64,000 nt of DNA from Eledone cirrhosa (taxonomy: Eukaryota), in assembly GCA_964016885.1 (NCBI GenBank), contig OZ024741.1:226548001-226612000 (forward strand). The letters run 5' to 3'. Made by a program: the position numbers and the translations under genes. The notes beneath the pieces are model-generated. The model made no database searches. It was given only the letters and a program-made list of their open reading frames with translations, and was not told the DNA's origin. Below are positions 44,256-58,779 of this stretch, one piece after another (the first letter of the stretch is position 1; each line of letters starts with the position of its first letter).

Positions 44256-46206
44256 TTCGTTTTGTGATTTGTTTTCCAAGATATCTTATCTGAAACCGAT
44301 ATTGTTATACTTTGGGAGGGTCATACTGCCAATAAAAACACACGCACGTGGTAGCTTTAACTTCAATTTATTATAAATTACCAGTTGGTTGATTGGTTGT
44401 TTCGATAACCGTAAGGTTGTTTATATATTGTCAAAGCTCTTTCATCACGCATTATGCGACCTCCTCAGTGACTAGGTTTTTATTTTGTGTCTCTCCTTTG
44501 TTTTGTCCTACACCATCTTGTTTTCGTGTGTTGTGTGCTTAGTTTACGCATGCGTTACATCCGGGTGTGTGTGTGCTTTTTTATTTATGTTTATTTACTT
44601 GTCACTAGTTGATTGTTTGTTCTATCTGTGTGTGTCTGATTTGTTTTTTAGTTTGGTTTTTGTGAGTGTACGTCTTCATTTTGTCCTTAATTACTTGTTG
44701 TGATGTTGTTATTCTAATCATGTTTGTCGCCTCTCTGATTTGTCTGAGCATTGCATCTTTCTGTGTGTGGATATAATTTTTATCTCTATGTTCTCTAATG
44801 TGCCTCTATGTTCTATTTTGGCATGTTGGTGGAGTACTGATGAGCTCTTCCCATCCTGGAGTCCTCGCCAGTGTTCACTTATCCTTTTTCCTATGCTACA
44901 GGCTGTTTTACCTATGTATATTATATTCTTATTCCTACACTGTCCCTCAGTACATCTTATGCTATATATTAGTATTTCAGTTAGTTTGAGGGCTTAGCTT
45001 GCGGATTATGCATTTCCTATCAGCACAAGGGGATCTTTGAAATGGGTATGATTTATTAATTAAGGTTTTTTTATGGGAATACCTGGACTTTCAACTATCT
45101 TAATATTTAATTTGATCTTCTCTAGAGTCCTTCTAAATCTGTAAACTAGTTTGCCTCTAGGGGATGTATTGACGAACATTACAATCTGGTATTTATTGCT
45201 TATCATACCACGAGTTGATTTTATTTGCTTTATCCCTAATCTTTTCTGTTATGTTCCAAAATCTGTTCCTATACATGGGGCAAGTTCCATTTGCATCATT
45301 TTCTACAATATTTGCCAATTTATTCCTGGTTCCTTTATATACCCTGATCTTGGCTCTATGGCTCTCTGATTGCAACCAGAGAACTGCATGCGGTAGATGA
45401 ACTGTTGTATATGTCTCTCTGGTTGCACATGCGGGACACGTTCCTCATCACTCTGACTAAGCCCGCAATTAGTATGTTGATTTTTATGCGACCCGAAACC
45501 GCTGAGTTTCGGTGGATCCGGTATTTGGAGGTCATGGGTTTGGTATAATGCGAATGGAGGATTGCGTTCTATTACTAATAATTTCCAACCAGAGTTCTGT
45601 GTCTAGTACGGGTAATCAATGGTTGGGGTGTTTAGTTGGGTAGTCTATAGTAACTTTAATACTCTGGATGCTTTCCATGGTGTTCTTCTCTAATTCCTAA
45701 CTGCTCTACTGTGGGGATGTTTTATTACGATATTTATGTCATCTATGTAGCGGGAGTACATTGTCAGGGTTATAAAATTGTCGTCTAATGGTTCCTTAAG
45801 TGTTCTGTCCCACATACCATAAAAAGTTTAGCTATGTCACCTGCAATACTAATGCCAATTGCTGCCCCCTCCTCTAGAGGATATATTTTGCTATTAAATT
45901 TGAACATATGTTCCTTAAGGATTAGCATTATACTGTCCCCCACGGCATGTGCGATCATTTTCTTTAATTCATCATGCTTTTTGCGGGTCCGTATGGCTTT
46001 TGTCCACCCGCTCCATCTTTCTGTGTGGGTCTTCTTAATCACAGAGGAGGTCACAGAATGTGTGACGAAAAATCTTTGATAATATATAAACAACCTTCCG
46101 GTTATTGAAACAACCAACCAACCGGAAATTTATAATAAATTGAAGTGAAAACCAACAGGTGCGTGTGTTTCTATTGGCAGCATGACCCTCCCTAAATATA
46201 ACAAGA
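44256..46206 (-). mobile_element. Family F Penelope-like element: decayed RT between inverted HHR-bearing termini
   Basis: Arms 44299-44472 / 46036-46205 match the 19427 fold-back; minus HMFKFNSKIY..GAAIGISIAGDIAKLFM and YSRYIDDIN. Confidence 0.8.
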
Positions 46207-46856
46207 TGTATATGTCTGTGTGTGTGTGTGTGTGTGTGTGTGAGCGTGCGTGTGTGTGTGTATTAAGTTCTTTTAGCTCCCTATGGAAAAAGTTTTGGGT
46301 GACGCAAAATGTCTATTGTGAACGTATGTATGCATGTATGACAACATGTATATATGTGTAATGTATATATGTGTAATGTATATATGTACACATCTCCACA
46401 GTTATTCGGCAACCCTTTCAAAGTGTTCTTTGCAGATCTTCCAAGTTCTACATTTACCAATATACCACACCACTCGCTTCTAAATTATAGTCATTACACT
46501 TATACATGTCACAACGTTTTGGATAATGTTCCTAGCTTGAATTCTTCCAGCTTACTCCATCCTCTCACATACTCTTTGATTTTCATTTTCTCTCCTTATG
46601 TGTCTATATTCGAAGACAGTGGAATAGACTATACGTGAATATGTGTATATTCATGCGCGGGTGTGTGCATTCCGCCCATCTATGTATGCGTGTATTTTCA
46701 AAATTATACAACTGATACGTTCACAAACACATACACAAAAACATATGTATATATGATTATTATATATACAAATACATATTCATATATATGTATATATACA
46801 TATATGTTTCTATATATGTAGATTATACCTCACACACACACACACACACACACACG

Positions 46857-46888
<32 letters not shown>

Positions 46889-46984
46889 CATGTGTATGAC
46901 TATATCGACATCTATATCTATTATCTATCTATTTATCTCTCTCTCTCTCTTTTTTTCTCTCTCACTCTCTCTTTTTCTCTCTCT

Positions 46985-47028
<44 letters not shown>

Positions 47029-47396
47029 ATATATATATATACGTATGTTAATTTCCACTCACATTCTATGATATAATGCAGGAATTTCCGTTGTTTGTTC
47101 ATTCAATTAACAGAACTACTACTTCTCTGGTTATTATCGATTATTTTGGTATCTGTATGTCTATATGTATATATGTACTATGTATGTGTGTATATATGTG
47201 TATATGTATGTGCGTATGTATGTATGTATGCATGTATGTATGTGTGTGTGTGTATGTAAGTATGTATGTTTGTGTGGAGGAAAGAGTATAGAATGAAGTG
47301 AAATAACTCTGACGTATTCAATAGTGAATATCACAGTTACACATGTAAAAAAAATGAAACTATACCCATCACCACCACCACCACCACCACCACCAT

Positions 47397-47500
<104 letters not shown>

Positions 47501-47743
47501 TTTTCTTTATTAACCACAAGGGTTTACATAAAGTAGACATTAAGGACAGTACAGGACAATACAGGACGGTACAAATGGGCATTTCTGCGTGTAAAAAAAA
47601 CAGAGGATGATATAAAATAACAAAGAAAAATTCCCCAATAGGGGGGAGACTTCCGAGGGACATTTGTGGAGAAAGCCCATTAAAAGACCACAGTGGCCCT
47701 GACCACCAGGGCAAGTGCCCTCTCCCAGTTTTCCACCTTTAAT

Positions 47744-50700
47744 TTACAGACACATACTCAGAGAAGGCCCATTCATTCGGGCCATACTTGCTTCTCTCAC
47801 CCATCTTTCAACAAAATGCTGGGAAGAGAGCACTTCCCTCTCTACCCTGATTTTCCTTTTCAGATAAAATTTGAAAAAGTTAATCAGGGCATCACCGAAG
47901 AGGTAAGTGCTCGTCTTCAGCCCTTTCAAACGTGTCCACCATACTATCTCTTTCGCCATGGCCACCAGACAGATAAAACTGCCTGCCCTTCCCGGCTAAA
48001 GGAAGAGGGCGGTGCAATCCTCACGATGGACTCAGCTGATAGCTGGATCCGTCCTACACGTGACAGCAGGTGTTCGACATAAACCCACAAGTCAGCAATG
48101 CTCGGACACTGGACGAGTGCGTGCAGGACGGTTTCGTGGCCCTGTGCGCATCTCGGACATGCCCGGCTGACGGCACCTCCATGCCTGTAAAGTTTATCCC
48201 GAACTGGCAAAGCACCCCGGTAGCACTGCCAGGCCAGGGATTTCTGGAAGTTGTCCATAGGCCCCGGCCCGAAAGTCCTTCCGAAGAGATTGGCTAGTTG
48301 ATTTTCGTCGACGCCTAGAGTTTCTCCAAGTACGTGATCGCTCTTCCCCTCCACTAATCCCCTATAGAACGCCAAGGTGGAGTTTCCACCGATCACATTG
48401 CTCGATTGGTCGAGGGCTGTGAGCGCCTGAAGACATTCCAGTCTCCAAGCGCTCCCTCTCGGTCTTCGCTTGACCCAGGACTGCAGCTCCGTCAAGGAGA
48501 CGAGCTGGGGAAAAACGTGTCTAGCAAACGGCGACCACACCTGATCACCGTCGAGGAAGAGGTGGAGATGTCGTAGCCTGAGCGCGTGTCTGCGCATCAT
48601 CAGCCACGGCATGCCCAGCCCTCCACGTAGCGGGTGTTGACAGCAGATGGACCGCCTGACCATCGGAGCGCGTCCCTTCCACAAGAAGCGAAAGAGCAAA
48701 CGCTCCAGCGCAGTCAGGCGGGGCTTAGGACAAGGTACGACGGTCAGGCGGTAGTAGATGACGGACCCGATGTACGCGTTAGCCACCTCCGCTCGACCTT
48801 TCAGGGATAGCTTCCTCTCGGCCCATTTCTGGGTGAGAGAAGCCACCCTGCTCGTCACCTCGTCCCAGTTTTTGTCCGTCTGGAGGTCTGGACCGAACAA
48901 GACCCCTAGCAATTTAACCGGTCCGTCCGACCAGCGCCCGACGACGCTGTTGGACGGCATGGACCTGCCTCTCCAGGTGCCGAGCTGCAGGCCCACTGAC
49001 TTTTCCTGGTTGATCATTGCTCCTGGTTGATAATTGCTCCTGGTTGATAATTGTCACTGCTTCGTATTCTCTTAGTGTAGTCCGGATTGCCTCGATGTGT
49101 TTGGCGTTCGACACCACTACGGTGACATCGTCCGCATATGCTGACACGGATCTTCCGCATCCCAGTTCGCGCGGCACCCCCCTCAACGTCTCCAGTTTGT
49201 GCAGTAATGGCTCGAGAGTCAATACGTACAAGAGGGACGAGAGGGGACATCCTTGGCGGACCGAGCGCATGATGTTGAACGGTTCCGAAAGGTGACCGTT
49301 CACTCTCACCACAGAGCAGATGTCGCTGTGCATGGCAGCGATCCAGCCTCTGAAGACGGGCCCAAAGCCAGCCGCCCTCAGGACTGCCGCTAGGTAACGA
49401 TGGTCGACCCTATCGAAAGCTTTCGACTGATCTAAATTGATCAAGGACCCACCCGTGCCAGGTTCCCTAGCTACCCTCTCTACGATGTATCGCATGAGGT
49501 GGAAGTTGTCGTGGATGTATCTGTCGGGAATGGCGCATGTCTGCGCCTCTACCACCAGACCACCAACGACAAGCGCCAACCTCTTTGCTAGCACCTTGGC
49601 CAAAATCTTGAACTCTGTGTTTAGCAGAGTTATGGGCCTAAAATTATCTATGTTATCCCCCTTGTTCGGATCCTTTCTCAGCAGAGCCACAGCTCCTCGG
49701 CTCACAGAGCTGGGAATTCTCCCGTTCTGTTGCCAGTTGCAGTAGACGTCCGCCAAGAGGCCTCCGAACAAGTCTGGCATCTGTACGTAAAGTTCATATG
49801 GCAGACCATCCAAACCAGGCGATTTACCCCTTGTACAGCCAGTCATTGCCTCCCGTACTTCAGCGGCTGTTATCGGCTTTTCGCAACACTCCGCCTCAGT
49901 GGCCGAGAGCCGCGGCAGTCCGTTGAGGTAGACACTAAAGTCCATCCCTCGATGCCGCCCGCCGCTGCCCCCGAACAACTGAGCGAAGTGTCGCTGAAAA
50001 GCTTCACACATTTGCCCGGGATCGAGTAGCATCCGCCCGTCGTGGTCCACCAAAGACCGGATCGTGGTTTTGTTGCCACGAAGCGCCTTCGCCACTCGGG
50101 CCCATTGAACGGCTTTCATCCCCTCGTGTCTGAGATCACGCACCCTAGCTCTGACAACGCAGCCTTCGTGCTTTGCATTGAAGAATTGGTCAAGGGCCAA
50201 TTTCGCCGCAAGTACTTCTGTCGCGATGCCTTTGCTAAGCGCCTCGTCTAATTCTCCCTCTGCTCTATTTTTCTCTATTGCTAAAGCCTTACTAAACCTA
50301 ATGGACTCTATTCTAATTGCTCTTTTCAGATCAAACCACCACTTGTTGTTGACGATGGCCCCCGTCAACGCCCGCTTAACTAGTTCGCTAATCCGGTCTC
50401 CGTAGGCCTTGCGCGCTGGTAAGGACGCGTTTAGCTTCCAGTAGCCGGGTCCTCGTCTATGAAGCCTATCTAAGTCAAGCACACAGATCACGAATTTGTG
50501 GTCCGTGTAGCTGACTATCTTGAATTGTGGACAGCCTATGCTAGACCTATCTATTTCTCTACAAAATACTCTATCTAGATATGATCTGGATGACCCTATG
50601 CGATTTGTCCGAGTCCACATTGGCACATTCGGGAAATCCAATCGGTACCTGTCAGACAGTTTAAAACGCCTAAGCAGGTTGGTGAGGCTCTTGCCCCCTC

Positions 50701-51178
50701 CTCCCCTATCCGCTAATCCCACACAGTCCCAGCGTGCATCTAAGATCCCGTTCCAGTCGCCCACTAACACTAAAGAGCGGGACGTTCCAAGAAAGGTCTC
50801 CAGACGCCGGAAGAAATCAGGCTGCCCTGATCCTGTCGGGGCATAGACGGCCACTAGCCTGAAAACTTGCCCGTCTCCGCTGGTCACTTTTAGCACCACC
50901 AACTTACCTTCTGAATCCAGGAAGATGGCCCGTATGGCGAGATCCAAACCTCTCTGAAAAAGCACAGCAACTCCTCCCCCCGATCCCGGACGGCTGGGAT
51001 ATGCGTACACATCGTAGCCGCCGAAGATCGGTGCGAAGGCCCGTGCGTCGGAGATTCTGGTCTCGCTGATGGCCACTACATCTATGTTTAGTGACCTGTG
51101 GTCGTTGAGCAGGTGGCCCTACTTCCATGACGACCCCAAGCCACGCGCATTTATGCTGCCTATTCTGAGTGAGGTCAT
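47744..51178 (-). pseudogene. LINE ORF2: APE endonuclease, RT and C-terminal Zn finger; early stop and frameshifts
   Basis: SINARGL, ISETR, VYAP, GDWN, SYLDR, TDH; GKSPGLDG, RPITLLN, KAFDRVDH, VRQGCPLS, YADD; CPRC..HALVQC; 17-bp triplication at 49004-49054. Confidence 0.93.
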
Positions 51179-51212
51179 GTTGAAATGGAGTGGAAAAGAT
51201 GGGAAAGACCAC

Positions 51213-53130
51213 TTACCTTACTTCTCGTAGAGGAAGGATGGTTTGTCCATCCTTTTCACTGCTTGTGGCGTCCTCCGGAATGATGTCCTTATAAATCCTC
51301 CTGGATAGTGTTTGTTGGAAGTCTCCGATGTCTTTGGGGAATTTTTGTTTTAGTGGCGTGTACGTTTTCTGTGTGATGCGAGTGATTTGTATGTGTGTAG
51401 GTGGTGTGAACTTTTGGGTTGTTGTGTAGTCTTTTTCTGTGATGCTGGTGTTGTGTTGAATGTAGTGTAATAATTGGTTGTTGTTCAAATTTAATGCTGT
51501 GTAGTGTGTATCGTTTTGGTTGTTTTGTTTTGTTTGCGTTTGTTGTGGGTTTGCTTCTGTTACGCTTTTTGGTGACTTTTGTGGTGTTAGTGATGGTGGT
51601 GTTGGGGTTAATGATGGTGATGGTGTTGGTGTTTGTGGTGATGGGGTTAGTGATGCTGGTGTGGATGATGGTATATCTGTCCTAACTTTTTTGTTTGATA
51701 ATTTATTTGTTTCCCTCTGTATTTTGTTTTTGGAGGGGGAAGGAAGAGAATATTTTTCTTTTTTGGTTTCTTTTTTTCTTTTTTCCTGATACCGTTTCGC
51801 ACTCCTCGTAGTCACAATCTGTCTCCAGTTGCGATAAGCCGGGGAGTGGAAAATCCTCCACAGGCGTTGGTTTTGGTTGTGGCGTGGTGGATGGTGTAGG
51901 CGCTGGTGCTAGTTCTGGCGCGTTGGGTTGTGGTGGTGTTGGTTTTGCTACTGTTGCTGGGGTTGTTGCTGTTACAGTTGCTTCTGTTCTTGCTGCTACA
52001 GTTGTTGCTGCCATTTTTGCTGCTGGTGGTGTTGATGGTTGAGTCACTGGTGCTGGTAAGAGAGGTGGCCTCACCCTTTTAGCATGAGGGCAGAAAGCCC
52101 TTAGGTGGGTTTCTTCACCACAAACGACACACCTAGGTCTTCTGCCCTCGAAGATTACGGTGATGTGGCTGCCGTCAGTGAGGTCTATTAACTCTGGAAT
52201 CTCCTCAATGCTTTTATGGTCCGCTTGGATCAGGAGCTCCATCCCAGATCCGGACCAGTTCTCCTGCTTTTCTTTCGCTATTTCAATTATCTTTGTGTTG
52301 TCCTCTATGCCGGCGAGGACGGCAGCCATTAGCCAGGGAATTTCGATGGCCGGTGGAACGTGGGTCACCCTTATCTTCACAAGTCTCTGGCCACAATAGC
52401 TTGGGACGAGTGTGAAGTCGTCACTTCTTAATGGGGCCTCCTGTGGTGTTTCAAAGAACACGTCCACGGTTCCATACTTCTGCCCACGTCTGATGTGGGG
52501 TTTTTTTGCCCACACATGTCCCAAAGCTTTTTGGATTTGGCACTCGGATGCCCGTTCCACTAGGCGCGATTTTATGTTAATTGTCCGATAAGACCCGGTG
52601 CATAGGCGACATTGCTCCATTTTATTAGGTGTGGGGGGGCGTGAGGCTGACCCTGTACCCATCTTTCTTAACCATTCCTTTGGCTTCGTCTAATTCCTCC
52701 TGAGTTACCTGGATCGCTTCGCACGTTTTTAGCTTTCTTAATTTCATTGTTGCTGTTGTTGTTATCGTCATTTTTGCTATTGTTAATTTTAGTTTCAGTT
52801 GAGGTGGTGGTGGCGTCAGTGGTGTTCGGTGTGGAAGAGTTCATTTTGGTTGAATTCATTTCGATATCACGAGTTAATTTAATTTTTTCTTTTGTTTCTA
52901 TTGTCGCTGTGGTAGTGGTGGTGGGTGGGTGTTGTCGCGGTGGTGGTGTTGGTGGCGGCTTTAACACCTGCAGTCATTAGTAATGGCGGGAAATGAACGT
53001 CTGCCTGAGGCAAATTTAAAATATTGCTACTGCTTACATTTCCAGTGTTGGCAAACGTAGCAATATTTATAATGGTGGTGTCGGTGTGAGGTGTTAGATT
53101 GTGAGGTAGGAGTGACTCTGAGTCATCCAT
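51213..53130 (-). pseudogene. LINE ORF1 with CCHC zinc knuckle, disrupted
   Basis: CVVCGEETHLRAFC (CX2CX4HX4C); Pro/Thr-rich linkers; split over several frames. Confidence 0.8.
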
Positions 53131-53551
53131 GATTTTTCAAAGAAAAATTTTTGTTTGATAATTATAAAAAGTTTAAATTTTGGGCTCAAGGCCCCATTAT
53201 TTTTTAGTGTCCTTTTCAGAAATCAATGTATGTGCACTTATATACAGTTAACAATAAAAATTTTCCATAAATGACAATTTTAAACAACTGAAAATAACAA
53301 ACCTTTGCGGAGCTCACGATGATACGATTTACTACGTAGGTCACCAATAATAATAATAATAATAATACATTATAGTAGCTTTTATGTAAAAGAGGAGAAA
53401 AAAGTTGGAAACCACGCCATACGACATTATTTAAGTGTTGCCTCGTAAACAAACATAGAATTGATATGTAATGCGAGTTTGTGCACACATCCCATTTTAT
53501 ATATACATATAGAAATACACACACTCTCCCGCGCACACACACACACATATG

Positions 53552-53603
<52 letters not shown>

Positions 53604-53639
53604 ATGTGGAAAAAAAAAAATATATATATATATATATAT

Positions 53640-54582
53640 CATATGATCAGTGGCAGTGAGATTTCAGTGGCTGGAATCCAGTCCTCGATAGCTGTTCCAG
53701 TTGCCGAATTATTATTATTTTTATATGAGTCCCCAGTATCCGCGCATCGTCTGGAGACTCGGCTGAGAATGACCTCCCTGATGACGCAATGAAATTCTCA
53801 ACAGTTCATTACGTAACTGTCTTTATCCCATTGCAGAAACTAATTAGTTGGAGTGAAAATTTAAGTAAGTAAGTTAATTTTTTTTTTTTTTTAAGAAATT
53901 TTCTTATTTTACGTCTTATATATTATTGTTCTGCATTCTCCTGCATTGAACCACCTAGGTACTATGACATAACCTGTGTATTTGCTGGAATTAGCGTACA
54001 TCTGTGCGCTTATGTTAGTAGATATATTAAATTATCTATATTTATCTCCAAATCACTGATTTGTCGAGCAAACCTGCCAAAACCACTTCTAAATTTTTTT
54101 TGGGGGGGGGGTGTTAGTAGGCGTCTGTCATCTTACCATCCCATTCCTACTGACTAGCCTCTGTGTCACGTGATTGATTCTTTAGAATCGGCCATATGAT
54201 CAGTGGCAGTGAGAATTTTCAGTGGCTGGAATCCAGTCCTCGATAGCTGTTCCAGTTGCCGAATTATTATTATTTTTATATGAGTCCCCAGTGTCCGCGC
54301 ATCGCCTGGAGACTCGGCTGAGAATGACCTCCCTGATGACGCAATGAAATTCTCAACAGTTCATTACGTAACTGTCTTTATCCCATTGCAGAAACTAATT
54401 AGTTGGAGTGAAAATTTAAGTAAGTAAGTTAATTTTTTTTTCTTTTAAGAAATTTTCTTATTTTACGTCTTATATATTATTGTTCTGCATTCTCCTGCAT
54501 TGAACCACCTAGGTACTATGACATAACCTGTGTATTTGCTGGCATTAGCGTACATCTGTGCGCTTATGTTAGTAGATATATT

Positions 54583-54587
<5 letters not shown>
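53640..54587 (+). mobile_element. Family G second subfamily: 555-bp tandem unit x1.7; hammerheads at 53774-53853 and 54329-54408
   Basis: ctcc-CTGATGA-c-gcaatg...cattgc-a-GAAAC-taatta-GTT-ggag in both units. Confidence 0.85.
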
Positions 54588-54641
<54 letters not shown>

Positions 54642-54645
<4 letters not shown>

Positions 54646-54751
54646 AAAGATATATGAAGGAAGACGAAAAACACTAATAACAATAACAATACATATATAC
54701 ATACATACATATACATACATATACATACATATATATATTTATATATATATT

Positions 54752-54834
<83 letters not shown>

Positions 54835-54931
54835 GTATATGTATGTATATGTATGTATATGTATGTATGTATGTATATATGTATTGTTATTATTATTAGT
54901 GTTTTTCGTCTTCCTTCATATATCTTTCCAT
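54642..54931. repeat. Palindrome with unique ~50-bp outer arms around an (AT/ACAT)n core
   Basis: atggaaagatatatgaaggaagacgaaaaacact / agtgtttttcgtcttccttcatatatctttccat. Confidence 0.85.
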
Positions 54932-55225
54932 TTCTAGCCGAGTGTCAACCCGACACTGGGCAGACATTCACTGCATACATTAATAAGCTACAAAATAACA
55001 TCCCATATTGTTCACGTCACGCACTTTACACAGTTACCTGTATATTATTTGTGTTATACATGTGCACATTACTTATTTTAAATCATATTTACAACAGAAT
55101 AATTTTCAACCATATAAGAGTGACCAATTATTTATAACTTACATATTATAGAATATAATCTAATAAAGTTAAATAAAAAAAAGTACTTAGATGATTGTCT
55201 TTCTCCCAGCGATAATGCTCTTCTC

Positions 55226-55660
55226 AAAATTGCTGGCCTTGTGCCTATAATAGAAATCATAGAGTGTCGGATACCATGCTTTGCAGCATGGAGTCACAGC
55301 CCTTTACCGTCTGAGTTCAAATCCCGCTGAGGTTAACTTTGCCTTTCATCCTTGCGGGGTCGATAAAATAAAGTACTAGTCACGCACTGGGTTTCGATTT
55401 AATCGACTTTCCCCTCCCCCAAAATTGCTGGCCTTGGGGCTATATAAGAAACCATTATTATTTTTATTGCGGTGGATTGGCAGTATCTGTAGAGGATCGG
55501 ACGCCATGCTTTCCACCATAGTTACGTCCTTTTACGATCTGAGTTCAAATCCCGCTGAGGTTGACTTTGCCTTTCATCCTTACGGGGTCGATAAAATAAA
55601 GTACCAGTAATGCACTGGATAATTGCTGGCCTTGTGCCAAAAAGTAGAAACAATTATTAT
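55226..55660 (+). mobile_element. SINE cluster: tail remnant, long-subfamily copy, then young short-subfamily copy (55470-55655)
   Basis: Repeated aattgctggccttg tails; TSD attattatttttattgcg around the last copy. Confidence 0.85.
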
Positions 55661-55674
55661 TTTTATTGCGCATA

Positions 55675-56135
55675 ATTGCTGCTTTACCGTGCACAGCTCT
55701 GTGCGCCTTGGGTATGAGCAGTTTAGTTTTTGCTGGTGTTGTTTCTATTGTATTGATAGTACTTTTCGTAATAAGTTTGCAGTGCCTAGTAGTGCAATCT
55801 TTTGTATGCTTTTTATATTTGTAAGTCCTGGGACTTTTGGCTATGTATTTGTCTGTGTTTTTTATCATTCCTAGAGCACCTATTATTATAGGTATTGTTT
55901 CTGCTTTCATTTTCTATATTCGAGTTATTTCTATCTCTAGATCTTTATATTTGGAGAGTTTCATTATTTCCTTAGAAGATATATTGTCGTCTGTGGGGAT
56001 TGATACATCTATTGGAAGGCATTTTTTTTTCTTTATGGTCTTTGACTCTATCTGCTTGGCTGGTTTTAATCTCTTTGTCTGTATGTATTGGCATATCCCA
56101 GAGGATGGTTGCTTTGTCATCCGTAATTAATTTTC
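55675..56135 (-). pseudogene. R4/Dong-type LINE 3' fragment (restriction-like endonuclease region)
   Basis: ILWDMPIHTDKEI, IDVSIP, KLSKYKDLEIEI, TIPIIIGALG. Confidence 0.8.
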
Positions 56136-56214
56136 TCTGACATGTTATACTGATACTATACCAAAAGAGTGAGCCATAGCCAATGGCCAAAGGTCCTTTG
56201 GGTCATTCCTTCTC

Positions 56215-56990
56215 CTTCAAATTTCCAACACCCTCCTTAGAGCTGTTGCTGTTTCCAGCACGGCTGTTTTCTGCAACAATGCTGTCCTGAGGGTAATTCC
56301 TAGCTTCTCAAGCCATACATCCAACCTCTCTACTAACTGGTCCCAGTGCACAACCACACTCAGTACCACTTCTAGGTGTCTGATTCTCCATAGTTGCCTG
56401 ATTTTTCTCTTCAACTCCTAGTATTTCTCAACTTTCTCACTTCCTTTCTCATTCACCCTGTGGTCTCACAGTGAAGCAATGTTCATAATACAAGCCTTGT
56501 TATTCTTTTCTGTGACAACAATGCCAGGCTTTCTAGCCACGATAAAATAGTCACACTGGACAGTGATGTCACACAAGATCTTATACTGTTCATTTTCAGG
56601 CAATCTTTCCGGTTGGTGTTTATACCATTTCTCACTTCTGCTCATGTCATACTTATGTAAGAATGTGGTTTATTGTCTCATCTTCTCATCACACAGTCCA
56701 CAATGTGGGAAATTCACTGACTTGTCAATATTGGACTTGTTATAGTTTGTTCTCAGTGCCTGTTCCTGGGCTGCAAAAATAAGGGCTTCAGTTTCAACTT
56801 TTAAGTCACTTTTCCTAGTTTATTCCCAGTTCCCATCTTTGTTAACTGTCTCAGGCATTTCAAGTACAAATTGACCATACATTTATTTGTCTTCCATTTA
56901 TTCAATGTATCATTCTGTCTGTCTTGTTTAAATTCTTCCTTTCCCATTGCTTCACCACTGTTTAGGACCTTTATCTTTCATACTCCTGTC
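56215..56990 (-). pseudogene. Second, older R4/Dong-type LINE 3' fragment
   Basis: ETEALIFAAQEQALRTNY, KWYKHQPE, KILCD, LQKTAVL..LRRVL. Confidence 0.78.
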
Positions 56991-57344
56991 ATCAATACGT
57001 TAGAGCTACAGCAGTCCATGTGCTGATAGTCAGTATCTTATTCCTACCATTTAACTTTGTCTTTAACACTAATTTCAGTCTCCGTTTATATTCCTTCGAT
57101 AATAGCTCTTTCATTTGGTCTGTTTCCATAATGCCTAAGTACTAATTATTATCATTATATACTACAAGGAATCATGTGAACCATTTTGTAGCTGGCAAAC
57201 ATCATCATCGATGCATTCAAAAATGTTCAACCTTTTTGTGACCGTATTTCTAATCCGAACATACCGTCTTTGTCTTTTAATTGTCACAATAACCAAGAAT
57301 TGGGAGAAACCTCTTCACATTACTAACTTAATGGTGACTTCTAG

Positions 57345-57520
57345 TTTAGGCACATGGCCAGTAATTTGAGGAGAGGGGAAAGTCGATAGTACTTGGCTGG
57401 TATTTTATTTTATCGACTCCCAAAGGAAAGACAAAGATGACTTCTCAGAATTTAAAGTGACATTATAAATACTGCTATGCATTTTCCCGATACCCTAACG
57501 ATGCTACCAGTCCACCACCC
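57345..57520 (-). mobile_element. Old tRNA-derived SINE copy
   Basis: ggcacatggccagtaattt, ctggtattttattttatcgac, ccagtccaccacc. Confidence 0.6.
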
Positions 57521-58463
57521 CTTTGAAAAGTACCACAACGCAGCAATATATTTCAATTTAATAAGAAACAAATATTTAACTGTTGAAATCTAATATTTTC
57601 TGGAAAGTAATAATGAGATTTCAGTTGAAGATTTGAATTAAAATTTGAACAATTTAATACAGCCGGTTCCAGTTTCCTTTTAAATAAAGCGGGTGCCCTG
57701 AGGTTTTGGTGTTGGCTAGTCAGCCGTCACCAAATTTAAACCTACTATCATGCACTTTACTGAAACAGAAGCCGATATGTAAATGAGCATCCCCAGCCGA
57801 CGTTTCATACGCAAAATCTATTTAGGCTTTAGTGTACCCCCATCCACCCCAGTACAGTGGGAGTGAATTTACCAATGAAGGATAAAATCTTGAAATAGCT
57901 GTGTTGCATTCTCAATGATTACTGAGATAGTTGAGACATGATCACAGCTTAAAATATCCATAACTAAACTGTCGTATATTTATTATACATGAATATATTG
58001 TATATGCTTTCATATACAACCTAGTGCGACTGCTAATGTATATATATATATATATAAATATATGGGTGGGTGGGTGTGTGTGTGTGTGTGAGTGTTAATG
58101 TACACCCAATGCTTGGCCCCCCTGCGATCCGCCCACAACAAAAATCAACTCGCATCTCATAACAACAATACGGCACAATTATTTCACCTCAATTGGCCAC
58201 GTTCTCTTTAACATTACACCAAAACACATTAAAACAGAAACAGACCCCCCCCCCCATAAAGTTCAAGAAGTCTTTGGACAAATTCCTTCAATGAAATTCC
58301 GGATAAACCCCCTACACCCGGATCCGTCTCCGTAAACAATAACTCTCTACTTTAATGGGCCATGGTGTCCAACTCCTGATTGGAAAGAACTTGACAGGTG
58401 GTGCTATTAAGTTAGACATGGACTGAGCCACTACTGGCCAAAACCTGTCAAAGTTATCAAAGT

Positions 58464-58508
<45 letters not shown>

Positions 58509-58540
58509 CTATTTAATTAGAAAGTAAACAGATAGAAAGC

Positions 58541-58610
58541 TTTCTGTCTGATGAGCGAACTAGACGTATATTAATATTGCCTAGGGTCCTGAAACCGTTG
58601 GTAATGGAGT
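58541..58610 (+). ncRNA. Degenerate hammerhead motif (family K) in a microsatellite-flanked ~200-bp element
   Basis: CTGATGA...ctagac..gcctag...GAAAC-cgttg-GTA; helix I weak (ttctgt/atggag). Confidence 0.5.
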
Positions 58611-58700
58611 AGTTATATATTTGGTGTTGTTCACTTACTAATTAAATAGTTCTGTATTATAAATGGAGCACGCTTTTTTCCTTTGCTTTTTCTTCGGAAA

Positions 58701-58779
<79 letters not shown>

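Noticed and set aside
48070-50846. Plus-strand ORFs over the LINE (and minus-strand ORFs over Gypsy pol)
   Set aside because: Antisense shadows of GC-rich retroelement coding sequence
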